From Candidatus Woesebacteria bacterium RIFCSPHIGHO2_02_FULL_42_20 (GTDB lineage: Bacteria > Patescibacteriota > Microgenomatia > UBA8517): DNA of 62,999 bases. Of this stretch, positions 1 through 10,135 are shown one piece after another (the first letter of the stretch is position 1; each line of letters begins with the position of its first letter). The notes beneath the pieces were generated by a model. That model did not search any database, was not told the DNA's origin, and saw only the letters and a program-made list of their open reading frames with translations. The position numbers were made by a program, and so were the translations under genes. The DNA lies in NCBI GenBank assembly GCA_001792535.1, contig MGGS01000014.1:1-62999 (forward strand), given 5' to 3'.

Positions 1-427
1 CCAAATTTTTATCAACCTTACTGTAAAGGATCATGTGTGCCGGCACGTTTAAAACAAGATAACCCCCTTTTTTAAGTAAATTAAACATATTTTTTACGGC
101 TTTTTTATCATCTTTAATGTGTTCCAAAACATTTGAACAAAAAATGCAGTCGAATTTTTTTTTACCAAAAAAATATTTTCCTTTTTCTATATCACCAAAG
201 CCAACTCTTTCACCAAACCTCCTTTTCCCTTCCTTTATATAATCATAATTAACGTCAATCGCCGTAACATAACCATATTTTGAAAGCTTAGTCGTAAAAC
301 TCCCGATCCCAAAACCTACTTCCAAAATCTCGCCTTTCAAATATTGGCAAGCCGTGTCGATAAGCCATTTGTTATACCACTCGGCTCTATCCATGACATC
401 AAGCGTCTTTCTACCGTAATTACCCAT
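1..427 (-). CDS. class I SAM-dependent methyltransferase (3' end cut by window edge)
   Basis: This ORF is missing from the track because it is open at the window edge. My translation from the ATG (complement of 425-427) reads MGNYGRKTLDVMDRAEWYNKWL..GEILEVGFGIGSFT (SAM motif I)..FDCIFCSNVLEHIKDD..LKKGGYLVLNVP. It starts 1 nt after the stop of the upstream gene. Confidence 0.8.
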   Translation of the reverse strand, partial: MGNYGRKTLDVMDRAEWYNKWLIDTACQYLKGEILEVGFGIGSFTTKLSKYGYVTAIDVNYDYIKEGKRRFGERVGFGDIEKGKYFFGKKKFDCIFCSNVLEHIKDDKKAVKNMFNLLKKGGYLVLNVPAHMILYSKVDKNL

Positions 428-428
428 A

Positions 429-1256
429 TCAGTATCCAACGTCACTTCTAAATAACCTCCGTTTTATTTTCCTCAAGGGCGTTTGAAACATTGCTTTTTT
501 AGCGAAATCACTACTCATCTTGCTCCAAGGTGAAGTTATATAGGAGGGAGCCGGTTTAAAAAACGCCTCCGGGTAATAAAAATCTTTCGGAAAATTATTG
601 CCGATCTCATATTTAATTTTCATCTTTCTCTTGGATACAAACACATCCCGGCCCGTTGATCTGGGGACATTGGTAAAATGTAAGTAGCATTTTTTATCAA
701 TAAAAATTCTCTTTGCTTTATCTCTGTTTTGGATAAGAATACCATCTTTGTCAAAAAGGCCTTGTGTTCCGTGCGGTTTTTCAAAGTGAAGACCCGGAAT
801 TTTAAGACTAATAAATCTAATATTAAAGTGTCCCCTTCTGTTGTCAATTTTGTACATCCCAGCAGTCTCTTCTTGATAATAAAAAACGTCTCCGACAACA
901 TTATAGTGAGGAGTAACCACTGTTTCTAAATTGGAATTAAGGCTCTTAATAGTCTCTTTAATCCCCTCTTCCCACCAAACTTCATCACCATCAAGGATCA
1001 TCAGCCAGTCTGCCTGGGTTTGGTCAAGCATCTTCTGGCGGGTCAGCGTGAAATCATATATATCTTTTTGGACAACTTGCCTAAAATCAATCCTTTCCAA
1101 ATAACGTCTTTTTAGTTCTTTCGCGACTTTAATAGTGTCATCAGTACTCCCAGTGTCCCAGAGTAAAATTCTATCGACATAATCAACAACGCTTGTCACA
1201 GTAAACCACAAATACTTATCCTCATTTTTAACCAATGTGTGCGCCCAAATTGACAT
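429..1256 (-). CDS. glycosyltransferase family 2-like
   Basis: 275 aa with an ATG start. It has the VKNEDKYL..ILLWDTGSTDDT nucleotide-sugar-binding pattern and a LDGDE (DxD-type) motif. Confidence 0.7.
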   Translation of the reverse strand: MSIWAHTLVKNEDKYLWFTVTSVVDYVDRILLWDTGSTDDTIKVAKELKRRYLERIDFRQVVQKDIYDFTLTRQKMLDQTQADWLMILDGDEVWWEEGIKETIKSLNSNLETVVTPHYNVVGDVFYYQEETAGMYKIDNRRGHFNIRFISLKIPGLHFEKPHGTQGLFDKDGILIQNRDKAKRIFIDKKCYLHFTNVPRSTGRDVFVSKRKMKIKYEIGNNFPKDFYYPEAFFKPAPSYITSPWSKMSSDFAKKAMFQTPLRKIKRRLFRSDVGY

Positions 1257-1259
1257 AAA

Positions 1260-2552
1260 TTATTTACTTTTAATTTTCAACTTTTTCAATACCCACAACA
1301 AGGGTATTAAAAAATTAACAATATTGCCTATTACTACAATATAAGCTGCCCCAAGAACTCCGTAAAGCGAAATTAAATACAACCCACCAACTACCGTGAT
1401 CGTAAGGTGGACAAGCGAAAGCCAGAAGAAAAGTCTTGGATAGCTGAAGTAATAAAAAACCGCACTGTGTACAGGAACCGAAATAAGGAAAATCAATTCT
1501 CCCAAAAAAAGAATCACAAAGATAGGAATTGATCCCAGGTATTCACTACCAAAGACATAAGGCACTAAAAATGCCACGATAGGTATTGTGACAATACCCA
1601 AAAAGGCAACTCCAAGTATCATTATTTGAGTTTTTTTTAAATACTTTACAAAAACCTCTTTATTTCCCATTGAAGCCATTTTTGGAGAAATTACAGTGCC
1701 CATAGCTACAACAATTTGGGGAATAATAACTGTTAACTGGCTTGCCGCTGAGTAAAGTCCGACTTCAAAGGCAGACAGCAACCGAGCAGAAATAAACGTG
1801 TCTAGCCTGGAAGAAACAGCTGCAACCAAAGTGAAAGCCGCAACCCATTTGTTATAATGAAAAAACTCAGCCCCAACAGACATTTCTTTATCCACTCTCA
1901 AAAATTTCTTAGGCAGTATAGACATACCGACCAAAAAACCCAAAAATGGCGTTGCTATATAGACTGTAAGCGTACTCGTAAGATTAAAAATGCCAAAAAC
2001 TAGAAGTATTATAATTATAACGACGCGCACGGCATTGGTTCCAATTTGAATACCACTCCACGCCCAAAATTTTTGCATTCCCTGTAAAGCATGAGTAATA
2101 AATGAAAAAAACAAAAAACCGCCCACCCCGAAAAATGCCAGTCTTAGAGGATTGGTGAGTTCAACCTTCTTAAATAACAAGAGCGCAATTTGGTCTGAAA
2201 AAACGAACCCAACGCCAAGCACTATTAACCAGACCATAAGTTTTATTTTTAGACCCAATTTTAAGAAACGGTAGGCTTTGAAAGGTTTCTTTTTTATGTT
2301 TCTCCCGACAAAATTAACCAACCCTGTATCGGTTCCTAAATCTCCGATATCGGATATTAAAGTAAGAAGTGTGATTGTAACCATCAAAAGACCGAAACTT
2401 GCAGGCCCAAGAAATCGTGCAACGAGAATATAAAACACCGCCCCGAGAATTCCGTTTATCGCTGTACCCAAAAAAGTTATAGCCGACTGATGAAAGGTAG
2501 CTGACTTTAGCGAAGAGAGGATACTATAACCAAGCCTAGCTATTTGCCCCAT
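1260..2552 (-). CDS. MOP-superfamily (Wzx-like) oligo/polysaccharide flippase
   Basis: About 430 aa that are almost entirely hydrophobic helices (12-14) with no soluble domain, in a polysaccharide-locus context. The track start at 2558 is TTG; I prefer the ATG at 2550-2552. Confidence 0.65.
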   Translation of the reverse strand: MGQIARLGYSILSSLKSATFHQSAITFLGTAINGILGAVFYILVARFLGPASFGLLMVTITLLTLISDIGDLGTDTGLVNFVGRNIKKKPFKAYRFLKLGLKIKLMVWLIVLGVGFVFSDQIALLLFKKVELTNPLRLAFFGVGGFLFFSFITHALQGMQKFWAWSGIQIGTNAVRVVIIIILLVFGIFNLTSTLTVYIATPFLGFLVGMSILPKKFLRVDKEMSVGAEFFHYNKWVAAFTLVAAVSSRLDTFISARLLSAFEVGLYSAASQLTVIIPQIVVAMGTVISPKMASMGNKEVFVKYLKKTQIMILGVAFLGIVTIPIVAFLVPYVFGSEYLGSIPIFVILFLGELIFLISVPVHSAVFYYFSYPRLFFWLSLVHLTITVVGGLYLISLYGVLGAAYIVVIGNIVNFLIPLLWVLKKLKIKSK

Positions 2553-2559
2553 TGCCAAA

Positions 2560-5262
2560 TTATACCCGCATCAGCCGTTTATATACCAGGAAAGTCACCA
2601 TAAGCACACCTACCCAACCAAACAACAGGCCCGGTAACACATACTTTTGAGGTGTAAAATAAACGTCGTACTCACCATTCTCCGCTACCATAAACCCATT
2701 TACAAAGCTATATACCGGATACGCGCCTACATCGTTCATTGTCCAAAGAGGATCAAAGTTTTGAGAAAATACCAATAAACTTTTATCCTCAAGACCCGTA
2801 ACTCTAACTTTAAAGTGTGTCGGAGAAACGGGCGTGTAGTCAACCTCTCCACTATTTTTCCCCTCAAAAAGACTTTTTTGATCTAATTCTGAAATTTCAT
2901 CCCATAAAACCACAGATGCAGCTGCTGCTTTCCTCTTTGCTTCGTCCCAGAGATTCTTTGGGATAACACCGAGCGCATTTACTACGTTTATATTTCCCCG
3001 GGTCTCGATTTGCAATTTCCCCATCGAAGTGACCTCCCCAACTTCACTCCACTCCACATTTCCTTTATCGTATTCTAAAAACTTGTCGGGGGTATCTTTA
3101 TAGCCGGCAAGTTTTCTGACTACTTTTGATGGCTTTTCTAGCTTTGTATTTACTTGCCCTATTTCATTCCCGTCTACACTAAAACGCAGTATCCCCCCTT
3201 GACTACTCAGAAGAAATCTTGCAATAAGAATACAATCACATGATTTAGTAATATTATAAACGGTACGCGATGTCGCCCCTTCGGCTACCGCCCACCCACC
3301 CCCATAATCAAAATCGGTATTTTCGATTTTGTATTTTGACTCTAAAAAGCTTCTCCATGTCAAAAAATCTCCGGTTTCTCTCTTCCACCACCCGGACCCA
3401 TCAGGTGAAAAGTCAAGAGTTCTTGACGGAAACAGAAAATAGTCCCTGCCTAAAAAAAACGCGGCTACGTCAGTAAGATTTTTTTGATACGCTACTATTC
3501 GAGCGTCATCCCCGGTAAGAATTTTTTCGTCCAATAACCCCTCTTCCAAAAAAATAAATGAGGATTGTTTAAAACTCTCCTTTGGTACTTGACCGTAGAT
3601 CTCGTCGGACCCTATTACAAACCAAGGCTCTTGGGTCAAGAAAAATAAATCCTCATGTTCTCTAGTTTTTAATATTAGTAAGTCTTCCTTTCTCTCACTC
3701 CAACTCACCCAAGGTAAATCCGCAAGTTGATCAGAAAATACCTCATAATACTCTGAATCGCTTTTGGAAATAGGTTTTGTATACAGGAGATTTGCAATAG
3801 AGCTAATACGCAAAAACTCATCAACCTCCGGGTAATCCCGTAAAAAATTAAAAAGCTCATAAGTCCCAACCACGCCAATACTAAAAGGGCGCTTAACGGC
3901 CAGCAACGTTGCCTCGGTTAAAGGATGTTTATGATCGGCAAACGCAAATGGATGACGGAATGGCATCCAAAGAGATCTGGAATATTTTTCACCATTCAAG
4001 GAAATGTTTTTTATGTAATCAATTTTTATATTGCTCTGAGGTATCCTCAAAAGTCCTGTCATTTTATCTGACCAGGCCGGATAAAGAAGGACCGACCAAA
4101 TACCTAATACCGATAAAAACAGGCAGATTCTAGCTGTTTTGGTTCGAACCTTAGAAAGAATCCAATCTACACTAAACCCGGCCAGAACACTATAACTAAT
4201 ACCCACCATGAAGAAAAATTTTGTCGAGTCGCGAAACAACGAAAAGCCCGGAAAATTGGTAAAAAGCCATTGATACACCGTGCCCAGTGGAGGACTAACT
4301 CCCTTGGCTAGGAAGACACCACTTAACGCTATAAGTGTCCAAAACCCGACCGACTTACCCTTCTTGATGACAAAGATAGGTAAAAAGGCAAGAAGCGGGA
4401 AAATTACAAAGTAAAATAACACCCCAGTAACTTGGCCGAAAATATTTTGAAACCAATGAGGTGTAATAAAAAAAAGTGCATGGCCAAGTGTTGTAAAGTT
4501 TAAAAATGACAGTTGAGTAACCCTGCCGTAATTTGAAGGCAGTAACGGTGCTCTGGCAAAAATCGCGGGAAGTAACCAATAAAGGTGCAGGAAAAAAAGA
4601 AAACTTGTAGTAATAAATCCAAGTTTAAAATATCTTAAAATCACCTTTCCTCTTTGTTTCTGTACAAGATCAAAAATAAATTTTATAGATACCAAAACGG
4701 CTAAAATATACAGGAAGCGAATATCGGAAATTGAGATGAAAGCTACGACAAGAGCGAACTTAAATGGTGCATTTGGTGAACTTTTATCCATCACTTCCTT
4801 CAAAAAGTAAAAGGCAAGGGGAAACAGAGAATAAGCAAGGGCAATAGATAGCTGACCACCGTCGATGAGAAGGGCAAGATAAGAATTTGCCAAAAATACA
4901 AGTTGCCCGACAAAGATTCCGACCCCTTTAATCCCAAAATCTTCTAAAAGTTTGTGGATCCCGATACATCCAATTACAAATGTCGGAATAATAAAAACAC
5001 CAAGAGTGATCACCCAAAATGGCAACCCTATCAGCGAAAGTAAACCTATACCAAAGTCGAGTGGCCAAGACCAAAGAGTATCAACTGCATAATAGCCCAT
5101 TCCCTCCGACCCCCTTGTCGACCAGACTTGCGGAAGTGAAATATTTTCTTTAAGTGCTTCAGGATAAATATTTGGGAAGTCATGCCCGATATGTATTCCC
5201 GGAAAAAAGATAGTCCAAAATAAAAAAACTGTAAAGATAAGAGAAAAATACCTGCGAACCAT
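2560..5262 (-). CDS. large polytopic membrane protein, GT-C-like (YfhO/DUF3367-like) with C-terminal extracytoplasmic domain
   Basis: 900 aa. About 13 hydrophobic segments fill the first ~400 aa, followed by a ~470-aa soluble region and a final TM helix (LLFGWVGVLMVTFLVY). It shares the FRDSTKF motif (nt 4216-4236) and a C-terminal VNGFMVAENGEYDVYF pattern with ORFs 5772-9224 and 25654-27702. Confidence 0.55.
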   Translation of the reverse strand: MVRRYFSLIFTVFLFWTIFFPGIHIGHDFPNIYPEALKENISLPQVWSTRGSEGMGYYAVDTLWSWPLDFGIGLLSLIGLPFWVITLGVFIIPTFVIGCIGIHKLLEDFGIKGVGIFVGQLVFLANSYLALLIDGGQLSIALAYSLFPLAFYFLKEVMDKSSPNAPFKFALVVAFISISDIRFLYILAVLVSIKFIFDLVQKQRGKVILRYFKLGFITTSFLFFLHLYWLLPAIFARAPLLPSNYGRVTQLSFLNFTTLGHALFFITPHWFQNIFGQVTGVLFYFVIFPLLAFLPIFVIKKGKSVGFWTLIALSGVFLAKGVSPPLGTVYQWLFTNFPGFSLFRDSTKFFFMVGISYSVLAGFSVDWILSKVRTKTARICLFLSVLGIWSVLLYPAWSDKMTGLLRIPQSNIKIDYIKNISLNGEKYSRSLWMPFRHPFAFADHKHPLTEATLLAVKRPFSIGVVGTYELFNFLRDYPEVDEFLRISSIANLLYTKPISKSDSEYYEVFSDQLADLPWVSWSERKEDLLILKTREHEDLFFLTQEPWFVIGSDEIYGQVPKESFKQSSFIFLEEGLLDEKILTGDDARIVAYQKNLTDVAAFFLGRDYFLFPSRTLDFSPDGSGWWKRETGDFLTWRSFLESKYKIENTDFDYGGGWAVAEGATSRTVYNITKSCDCILIARFLLSSQGGILRFSVDGNEIGQVNTKLEKPSKVVRKLAGYKDTPDKFLEYDKGNVEWSEVGEVTSMGKLQIETRGNINVVNALGVIPKNLWDEAKRKAAAASVVLWDEISELDQKSLFEGKNSGEVDYTPVSPTHFKVRVTGLEDKSLLVFSQNFDPLWTMNDVGAYPVYSFVNGFMVAENGEYDVYFTPQKYVLPGLLFGWVGVLMVTFLVYKRLMRV

Positions 5263-5263
5263 T

Positions 5264-5800
5264 TTATTTATGATCAGGTTGTCTAAATCGCCAAATATAA
5301 ATAACTAAGCGCAACAGGACAAAAAGTGCAGTAATCTCTAAAAGTCTTCCTGCCAGTCCCGAATGGTTAACCAAATAAAAAAAGGCCGAAGCGACCAATA
5401 GAAACAGGAAAACCCCAAGCCACACAAATTCTCCGACTTTAACTCTTTTAATAAATCCCAAATAAACCAGATCTTTCACCATGCCTGTAATTAATAACAA
5501 TAACATAATATTAAAAGCAAACTTTGAAAATTCAACGGAAACTATAAATGTAACAACCCCAACCAGATAAGAAACTGTCGCAAGCTTATAGAAAACTTTT
5601 ACGCTTATCTTAAACTTGTAAATTGCAATAAGCATTAAGTACAAGATAACCATATAAAAATACGGTAAGACGGATGCACTTGAGCTTACAAACAGCAAGT
5701 ACAGCTTGATAACCAAAATACAGACCACAAAAACAACTCCAACTACCCACAAAAAAGGGGTGGCGAGAGTTTTACTTAGTGAAATAAGTCTTTTTAGCAT
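5264..5800 (-). CDS. small integral membrane protein, function unknown
   Basis: About 178 aa with 5-6 hydrophobic helices. The track start (5812) is TTG. The ATG at 5798-5800 overlaps the upstream gene's end by 29 nt. I recognise no motif. Confidence 0.5.
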   Translation of the reverse strand: MLKRLISLSKTLATPFLWVVGVVFVVCILVIKLYLLFVSSSASVLPYFYMVILYLMLIAIYKFKISVKVFYKLATVSYLVGVVTFIVSVEFSKFAFNIMLLLLITGMVKDLVYLGFIKRVKVGEFVWLGVFLFLLVASAFFYLVNHSGLAGRLLEITALFVLLRLVIYIWRFRQPDHK

Positions 5801-8800
5801 AAATAAATACAATGAAAGTTAAAAAGACAAATAGGGAAATTACAGAAACAGTTCTTCCAATTAAAAGAACTTTTTCGTCTTGAAACTCAACAACCAGTGT
5901 ATAGTTTCCCAATTTGTCCAAATACCAACCGTTGGCAAATCCGTCGATTAACACATGCTCACCCTCCAATTCCAATGCCTCATCACCTTTAACCTTGATA
6001 CCCCATGACGGGTGAAATAACTGTCTAAAGACCAAAAGATACGGAGTTGTAGCATTTTGAATTTCAACTTCCCAGGAGGAGGAGTTATGTTTTTTAAAAG
6101 TGATATCAGGCGGCACCATTTCGCTTGTCTTTGACTCCTCATTTACAAGAATCAGGCTGTCAAGAAATAATCGCTCAACCCGCAAGTTTTTAACTTCGAC
6201 TTCGACAGGTTTTTCGAATCTGTTCCTATAAGTAATGTCGTCGCATTTAAAGCTCAAGAAAAAATTTGACCGCGGGCAAAAATCAAATTTAGTAGCACCA
6301 AACTCAACCCACGCCCGGGATGATCCGCGGTTTGGGCTTACAGTTGTTTCATAATGTTTCCAATAGTGATCATAACCATCTATTGATATTGTTGAATTTA
6401 TTCTTTGCCTTTCTTCTTCAAGCTTCTCAATATTTAAATCATCTACAATATTTACTGAAAATTTATCCCCTTTCTTAATTAAATAATCAAAAGCTACTCT
6501 ATATGTCGAGTAAGGATTAAAATTATTAATTTCAAATCTGGGGTGATTATCCGACGAGACATTTACCGTTTCTTGCAAGGGAACATCCACTAAGTTTAAA
6601 AGCATGGGAATTGGTATGCTAATTTCATGGTCTCCGGCGGCAAAATAAAAAGATACAATCTTAAGAAAGTTATTATCGACTTGTGGCTCAAGGGTAAGGG
6701 GTTTTCCATCAAGAGCTATCTCCCAAATTTTTGGGTACTCGTAAGTGCCTTTAGAGTCAATTCCGTAGAGATTAACCGTATAATCTCCTTTGTTTTCCAC
6801 ACGAAACTGGTATATTCTCGAAGCCTCGGATAAACCAACCGTTATCGGGTAGAAACTTCTTAAACCCATGATTTGTAATTGTCCGCTCATGTAGGATTCA
6901 AACGTTAACAATATCTTCTGATTTTCCAAACTTGATTCTTTTTGAGCACTTGAAAGTATTACAAAATGTTTATTGAACATTTCGATAAAAAGATCTTTCA
7001 TAAACTGTTCTCGACCCGACTCGCTTATAATTTCGTCGCTTAACTTCGAGAGAAAGTCCTTGTATCGTTCTACTGCCAGTTCTAAAGTCTCCTTACTATC
7101 ATTTTTGACACCGTCAATTTCTATCATGCGTTTCCCGAGTGTTTGAAGGTCATAAAGGAGCCTCGCTGAACTTTCAGTTAAAGCCATTCTTTCAATGGAT
7201 TCCTTAAGAAGAATTAGTGGATAAAGTCTATTTGTCGGCAAAAAACGTATAGCTGGTAGCTGGGCTCGCGCTTGGTCAATATTTATCTGGCGACTAGGGT
7301 TTAGTTGAAACTGTCTAGTTGGACGAAGTATCCTGGCTGAAACATACTTTTCCACTCCTGAGGACACCGGGTTAATTACTGCGACTGTGTCTATATCAGG
7401 ATAAGTGTGTATCTTGTCAAAGAATACATCTCTACCATTTTGCACTGCCACAATGTCATTAGGTGCAGAAAATAACGGAACAAAATACTTGTTTGAAAGT
7501 TCATAAAAGCGCAAATCTTCAAATTCACGCGAGAGTGTAAGATCTCCTTTTTCGACTAAAGCTTCAACATAATCTTTTACTATCCCCGGGTCTCGCATAC
7601 CGCGACGAGAATAATCAATATCCCGCCTTAGCAAAAAATATTTCGAGCTTAGTGTCCCGAGTAAATTTGGAAAAACTTCCGTATTTTGAAAAAGAACCGG
7701 TTCAAGTGTACTAGTGATAGGTTCAAGGTAGGGTACAGAGGTAGAAAAAGAGATAAAAGGAGTAGAAAACAACTCACTTGAAAGTTCCACTCCATTGAAG
7801 GGACGATCCCAGGAATATGTCATCCCTTCCCCGTCTATGGGTAGGGCAACGACCCTGAACCCTTCCCCGAGGGTGGAAAGCCAATTGTCTGCATCTTTAT
7901 AAAAAGAAGGTACTTTTATATAACTAGTTATTTTGTCTTGGTTACCTCCAAAAACCTCTCCGTTCCACATCGGTAATACATAGTAAAAAAACAAAACAGA
8001 CGAGACTAAAATTACTAACGCGTACTTTAGGAGAGAAACTTTGGAGGCAAGAAATTTCGCGATCATTGATAACCCAATGCCGAAAAGAATAGAATATGCC
8101 AACATCAAGGCAAAACCAGCCTTCTCAAAAGGATTACGAAAAACTTCAAGCAAACGGATATTAGAAAAGGAAAACAAAGTAATATTACCCAGGGCGTCAC
8201 TTACACCCTTTGATAACATAAGTACAAAAACCGAAAATATTAGAAAGTACTTAAAGAGCGAACTTTTTTTTCTCTTAAATATTGAAAGCAAACACACCGC
8301 TCCCGGGATGAATCCAATAATTTGAATGACGGGGTTTAAGTAATTGATACCCCAAGTGCTCCCTATTTGATCAATAAAAGACTTATCCAGCAGTCTTAGG
8401 ACAAAAGGCAGCCCACCCACGGCTTGACTAACTGAAACAAAGGATTGAATATTTCCCGTTTGAGTAACTGCTTCAGTAGATGCGTAAGGTGTGGCGAAAG
8501 TCGAATACATTGTCGGGAAAAACCACCAGGCATGAAAAAGTACCCAGAGGATGATGGTAATTCCGAAGTACTTCGTAGAAAAAAGCAAATTCTTTTTAAC
8601 GTGCTTTAACACGTTAAACATTACAAAAGATATAAGTGTAATAAACCATAATATCAATAACGGAAAAGAGGCAAAACTTAAAGAAAAGGCTACGCTGCTT
8701 GCCACTACCAAAAAAGCGTATATGTACTTTCTCGCGGTAATCCCTTTTATGAATAGAAACAAAGATAAGGGGTAAAGCGCATAAAAAAACATGAAAGTAT

Positions 8801-9224
8801 ATTGAAGCCTATTGACGACCGTCACCATGGTAAAAGGATTAAAAATATAAAAGACAGACGCGAAAAACGAGGCAAATTTGTCTTCACTTACGAGACAGGC
8901 TAATTTATACACTGAGACGCTACCTACCGCCAAAACAAAAAAATAAAACATTGCTTGAATAACTACCGATGACATACCGGCGTGAGAAAGCAGCCCAATT
9001 GTACCTAAGAAAATGATGCTAACAGTATTTGAGGGAGACCCAAGTAATGCATCGCTCCACTGGTGAAAGGTTCTCGGTATCAGCCTTGCAAAATTGTGGA
9101 ATGGCAGCCCGGACTCACCCGAACCAACCATAAACCCATCCTTGAACCAAACAAAAATTAAACTTAAGCAAAGAAAGACAATCACACCCATTTGGAATAT
9201 CGGATGTGTTAAAACTTTCTTCAT
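5772..9224 (-). CDS. giant polytopic GT-C-like protein (AftD/DUF3367-like)
   Basis: 1150 aa. An N-terminal ~425-aa polytopic domain carries VWFKDG and FRNPFEK (nt 8121-8141). It is followed by a ~690-aa soluble region and a terminal TM helix. From memory it resembles the family annotated alpha-(1->3)-arabinofuranosyltransferase/DUF3367; this was not verified by HMM. Confidence 0.55.
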   Translation of the reverse strand: MKKVLTHPIFQMGVIVFLCLSLIFVWFKDGFMVGSGESGLPFHNFARLIPRTFHQWSDALLGSPSNTVSIIFLGTIGLLSHAGMSSVVIQAMFYFFVLAVGSVSVYKLACLVSEDKFASFFASVFYIFNPFTMVTVVNRLQYTFMFFYALYPLSLFLFIKGITARKYIYAFLVVASSVAFSLSFASFPLLILWFITLISFVMFNVLKHVKKNLLFSTKYFGITIILWVLFHAWWFFPTMYSTFATPYASTEAVTQTGNIQSFVSVSQAVGGLPFVLRLLDKSFIDQIGSTWGINYLNPVIQIIGFIPGAVCLLSIFKRKKSSLFKYFLIFSVFVLMLSKGVSDALGNITLFSFSNIRLLEVFRNPFEKAGFALMLAYSILFGIGLSMIAKFLASKVSLLKYALVILVSSVLFFYYVLPMWNGEVFGGNQDKITSYIKVPSFYKDADNWLSTLGEGFRVVALPIDGEGMTYSWDRPFNGVELSSELFSTPFISFSTSVPYLEPITSTLEPVLFQNTEVFPNLLGTLSSKYFLLRRDIDYSRRGMRDPGIVKDYVEALVEKGDLTLSREFEDLRFYELSNKYFVPLFSAPNDIVAVQNGRDVFFDKIHTYPDIDTVAVINPVSSGVEKYVSARILRPTRQFQLNPSRQINIDQARAQLPAIRFLPTNRLYPLILLKESIERMALTESSARLLYDLQTLGKRMIEIDGVKNDSKETLELAVERYKDFLSKLSDEIISESGREQFMKDLFIEMFNKHFVILSSAQKESSLENQKILLTFESYMSGQLQIMGLRSFYPITVGLSEASRIYQFRVENKGDYTVNLYGIDSKGTYEYPKIWEIALDGKPLTLEPQVDNNFLKIVSFYFAAGDHEISIPIPMLLNLVDVPLQETVNVSSDNHPRFEINNFNPYSTYRVAFDYLIKKGDKFSVNIVDDLNIEKLEEERQRINSTISIDGYDHYWKHYETTVSPNRGSSRAWVEFGATKFDFCPRSNFFLSFKCDDITYRNRFEKPVEVEVKNLRVERLFLDSLILVNEESKTSEMVPPDITFKKHNSSSWEVEIQNATTPYLLVFRQLFHPSWGIKVKGDEALELEGEHVLIDGFANGWYLDKLGNYTLVVEFQDEKVLLIGRTVSVISLFVFLTFIVFIYAKKTYFTK

Positions 9225-9226
9225 GT

Positions 9227-10135
9227 TTAATTTTTGGAAGCCACGACTCTCACGACTTCCGATCTACCTGTAAGCGATGCCAAGAGTGCTTCCAACAAAG
9301 AAAGTGGCAATGAAACAATAAAAAGTATATTTGCAACAAAAGTTCCGATTTTTTGTGCCACTATTTTCCGGACACTCAGGCTAAAGTTTAGAATCGCACG
9401 AGTAGGGAATGAAAACTCCACAACATGCAAGCCAGCCAGATCCAGAAGTTTTGCAATACTTTGCGGGGAGTAGTAGAAGATATGCTCCGGAACCATTAGC
9501 CAAGAATAATACTGCCTAAATAGCCACAAATTTATAGAATCAGCGTTTGGCAACTCAAAAATAAATTTTCCTTTTGGCTTCAACCAAAGACCTATTTTAT
9601 GCACAAATTCGGAAGGATTAGGTACATGCTCTAAAACGTGCCAGGCAGTAATAACATCAAAACTTGATTTGAGATCGACTTCTGTTACCTCACCCACTTT
9701 TATTTTTCCTATGCCTATTCTTTTTTCGGCCCGTTTTGCAGCCACAATACTTTTTTCAATACACTGAACACTCCACCCCCTCAAAAGCATTTTTTCGGCA
9801 AATTCACCATTGCCACAACCAATATCTAAAAGGGAGCCTTTGCTGGTGTGTTTCTCTACATACTCATCATACTCCGGAAAGAAGCGAATCGATAAAATAG
9901 CATTGAGAAAAGGTGTTGCAATTGGTTTTGCAAGCTTTTCGAAATACTCTACGTCTGAATATAAAGACTCCAACTCGTTAACCTTAAGCATAGGATGAAT
10001 CCTCGTCAGGGTACAAAATTTACATTTTTCATAATACAGCCTCTTTGCTCCAATAGAACGAGGGTTTACAAAAGAAAATAAATGAATGAAAGTATTTGAC
10101 AAACAAAGTGGGCACGGGACACTAGCTTTTTTCAT
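9227..10135 (-). CDS. class I SAM-dependent methyltransferase with N-terminal Cys4 zinc-ribbon-like segment
   Basis: The track ORF extends to 10219, which would overlap the upstream gene by 88 nt. The ATG at 10133-10135 gives an ATGA stop/start overlap instead. Motifs are CPLC..CKFC, then LLDIGCGNGEF (motif I) and ITAWHVLEHV. Confidence 0.8.
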   Translation of the reverse strand: MKKASVPCPLCLSNTFIHLFSFVNPRSIGAKRLYYEKCKFCTLTRIHPMLKVNELESLYSDVEYFEKLAKPIATPFLNAILSIRFFPEYDEYVEKHTSKGSLLDIGCGNGEFAEKMLLRGWSVQCIEKSIVAAKRAEKRIGIGKIKVGEVTEVDLKSSFDVITAWHVLEHVPNPSEFVHKIGLWLKPKGKFIFELPNADSINLWLFRQYYSWLMVPEHIFYYSPQSIAKLLDLAGLHVVEFSFPTRAILNFSLSVRKIVAQKIGTFVANILFIVSLPLSLLEALLASLTGRSEVVRVVASKN

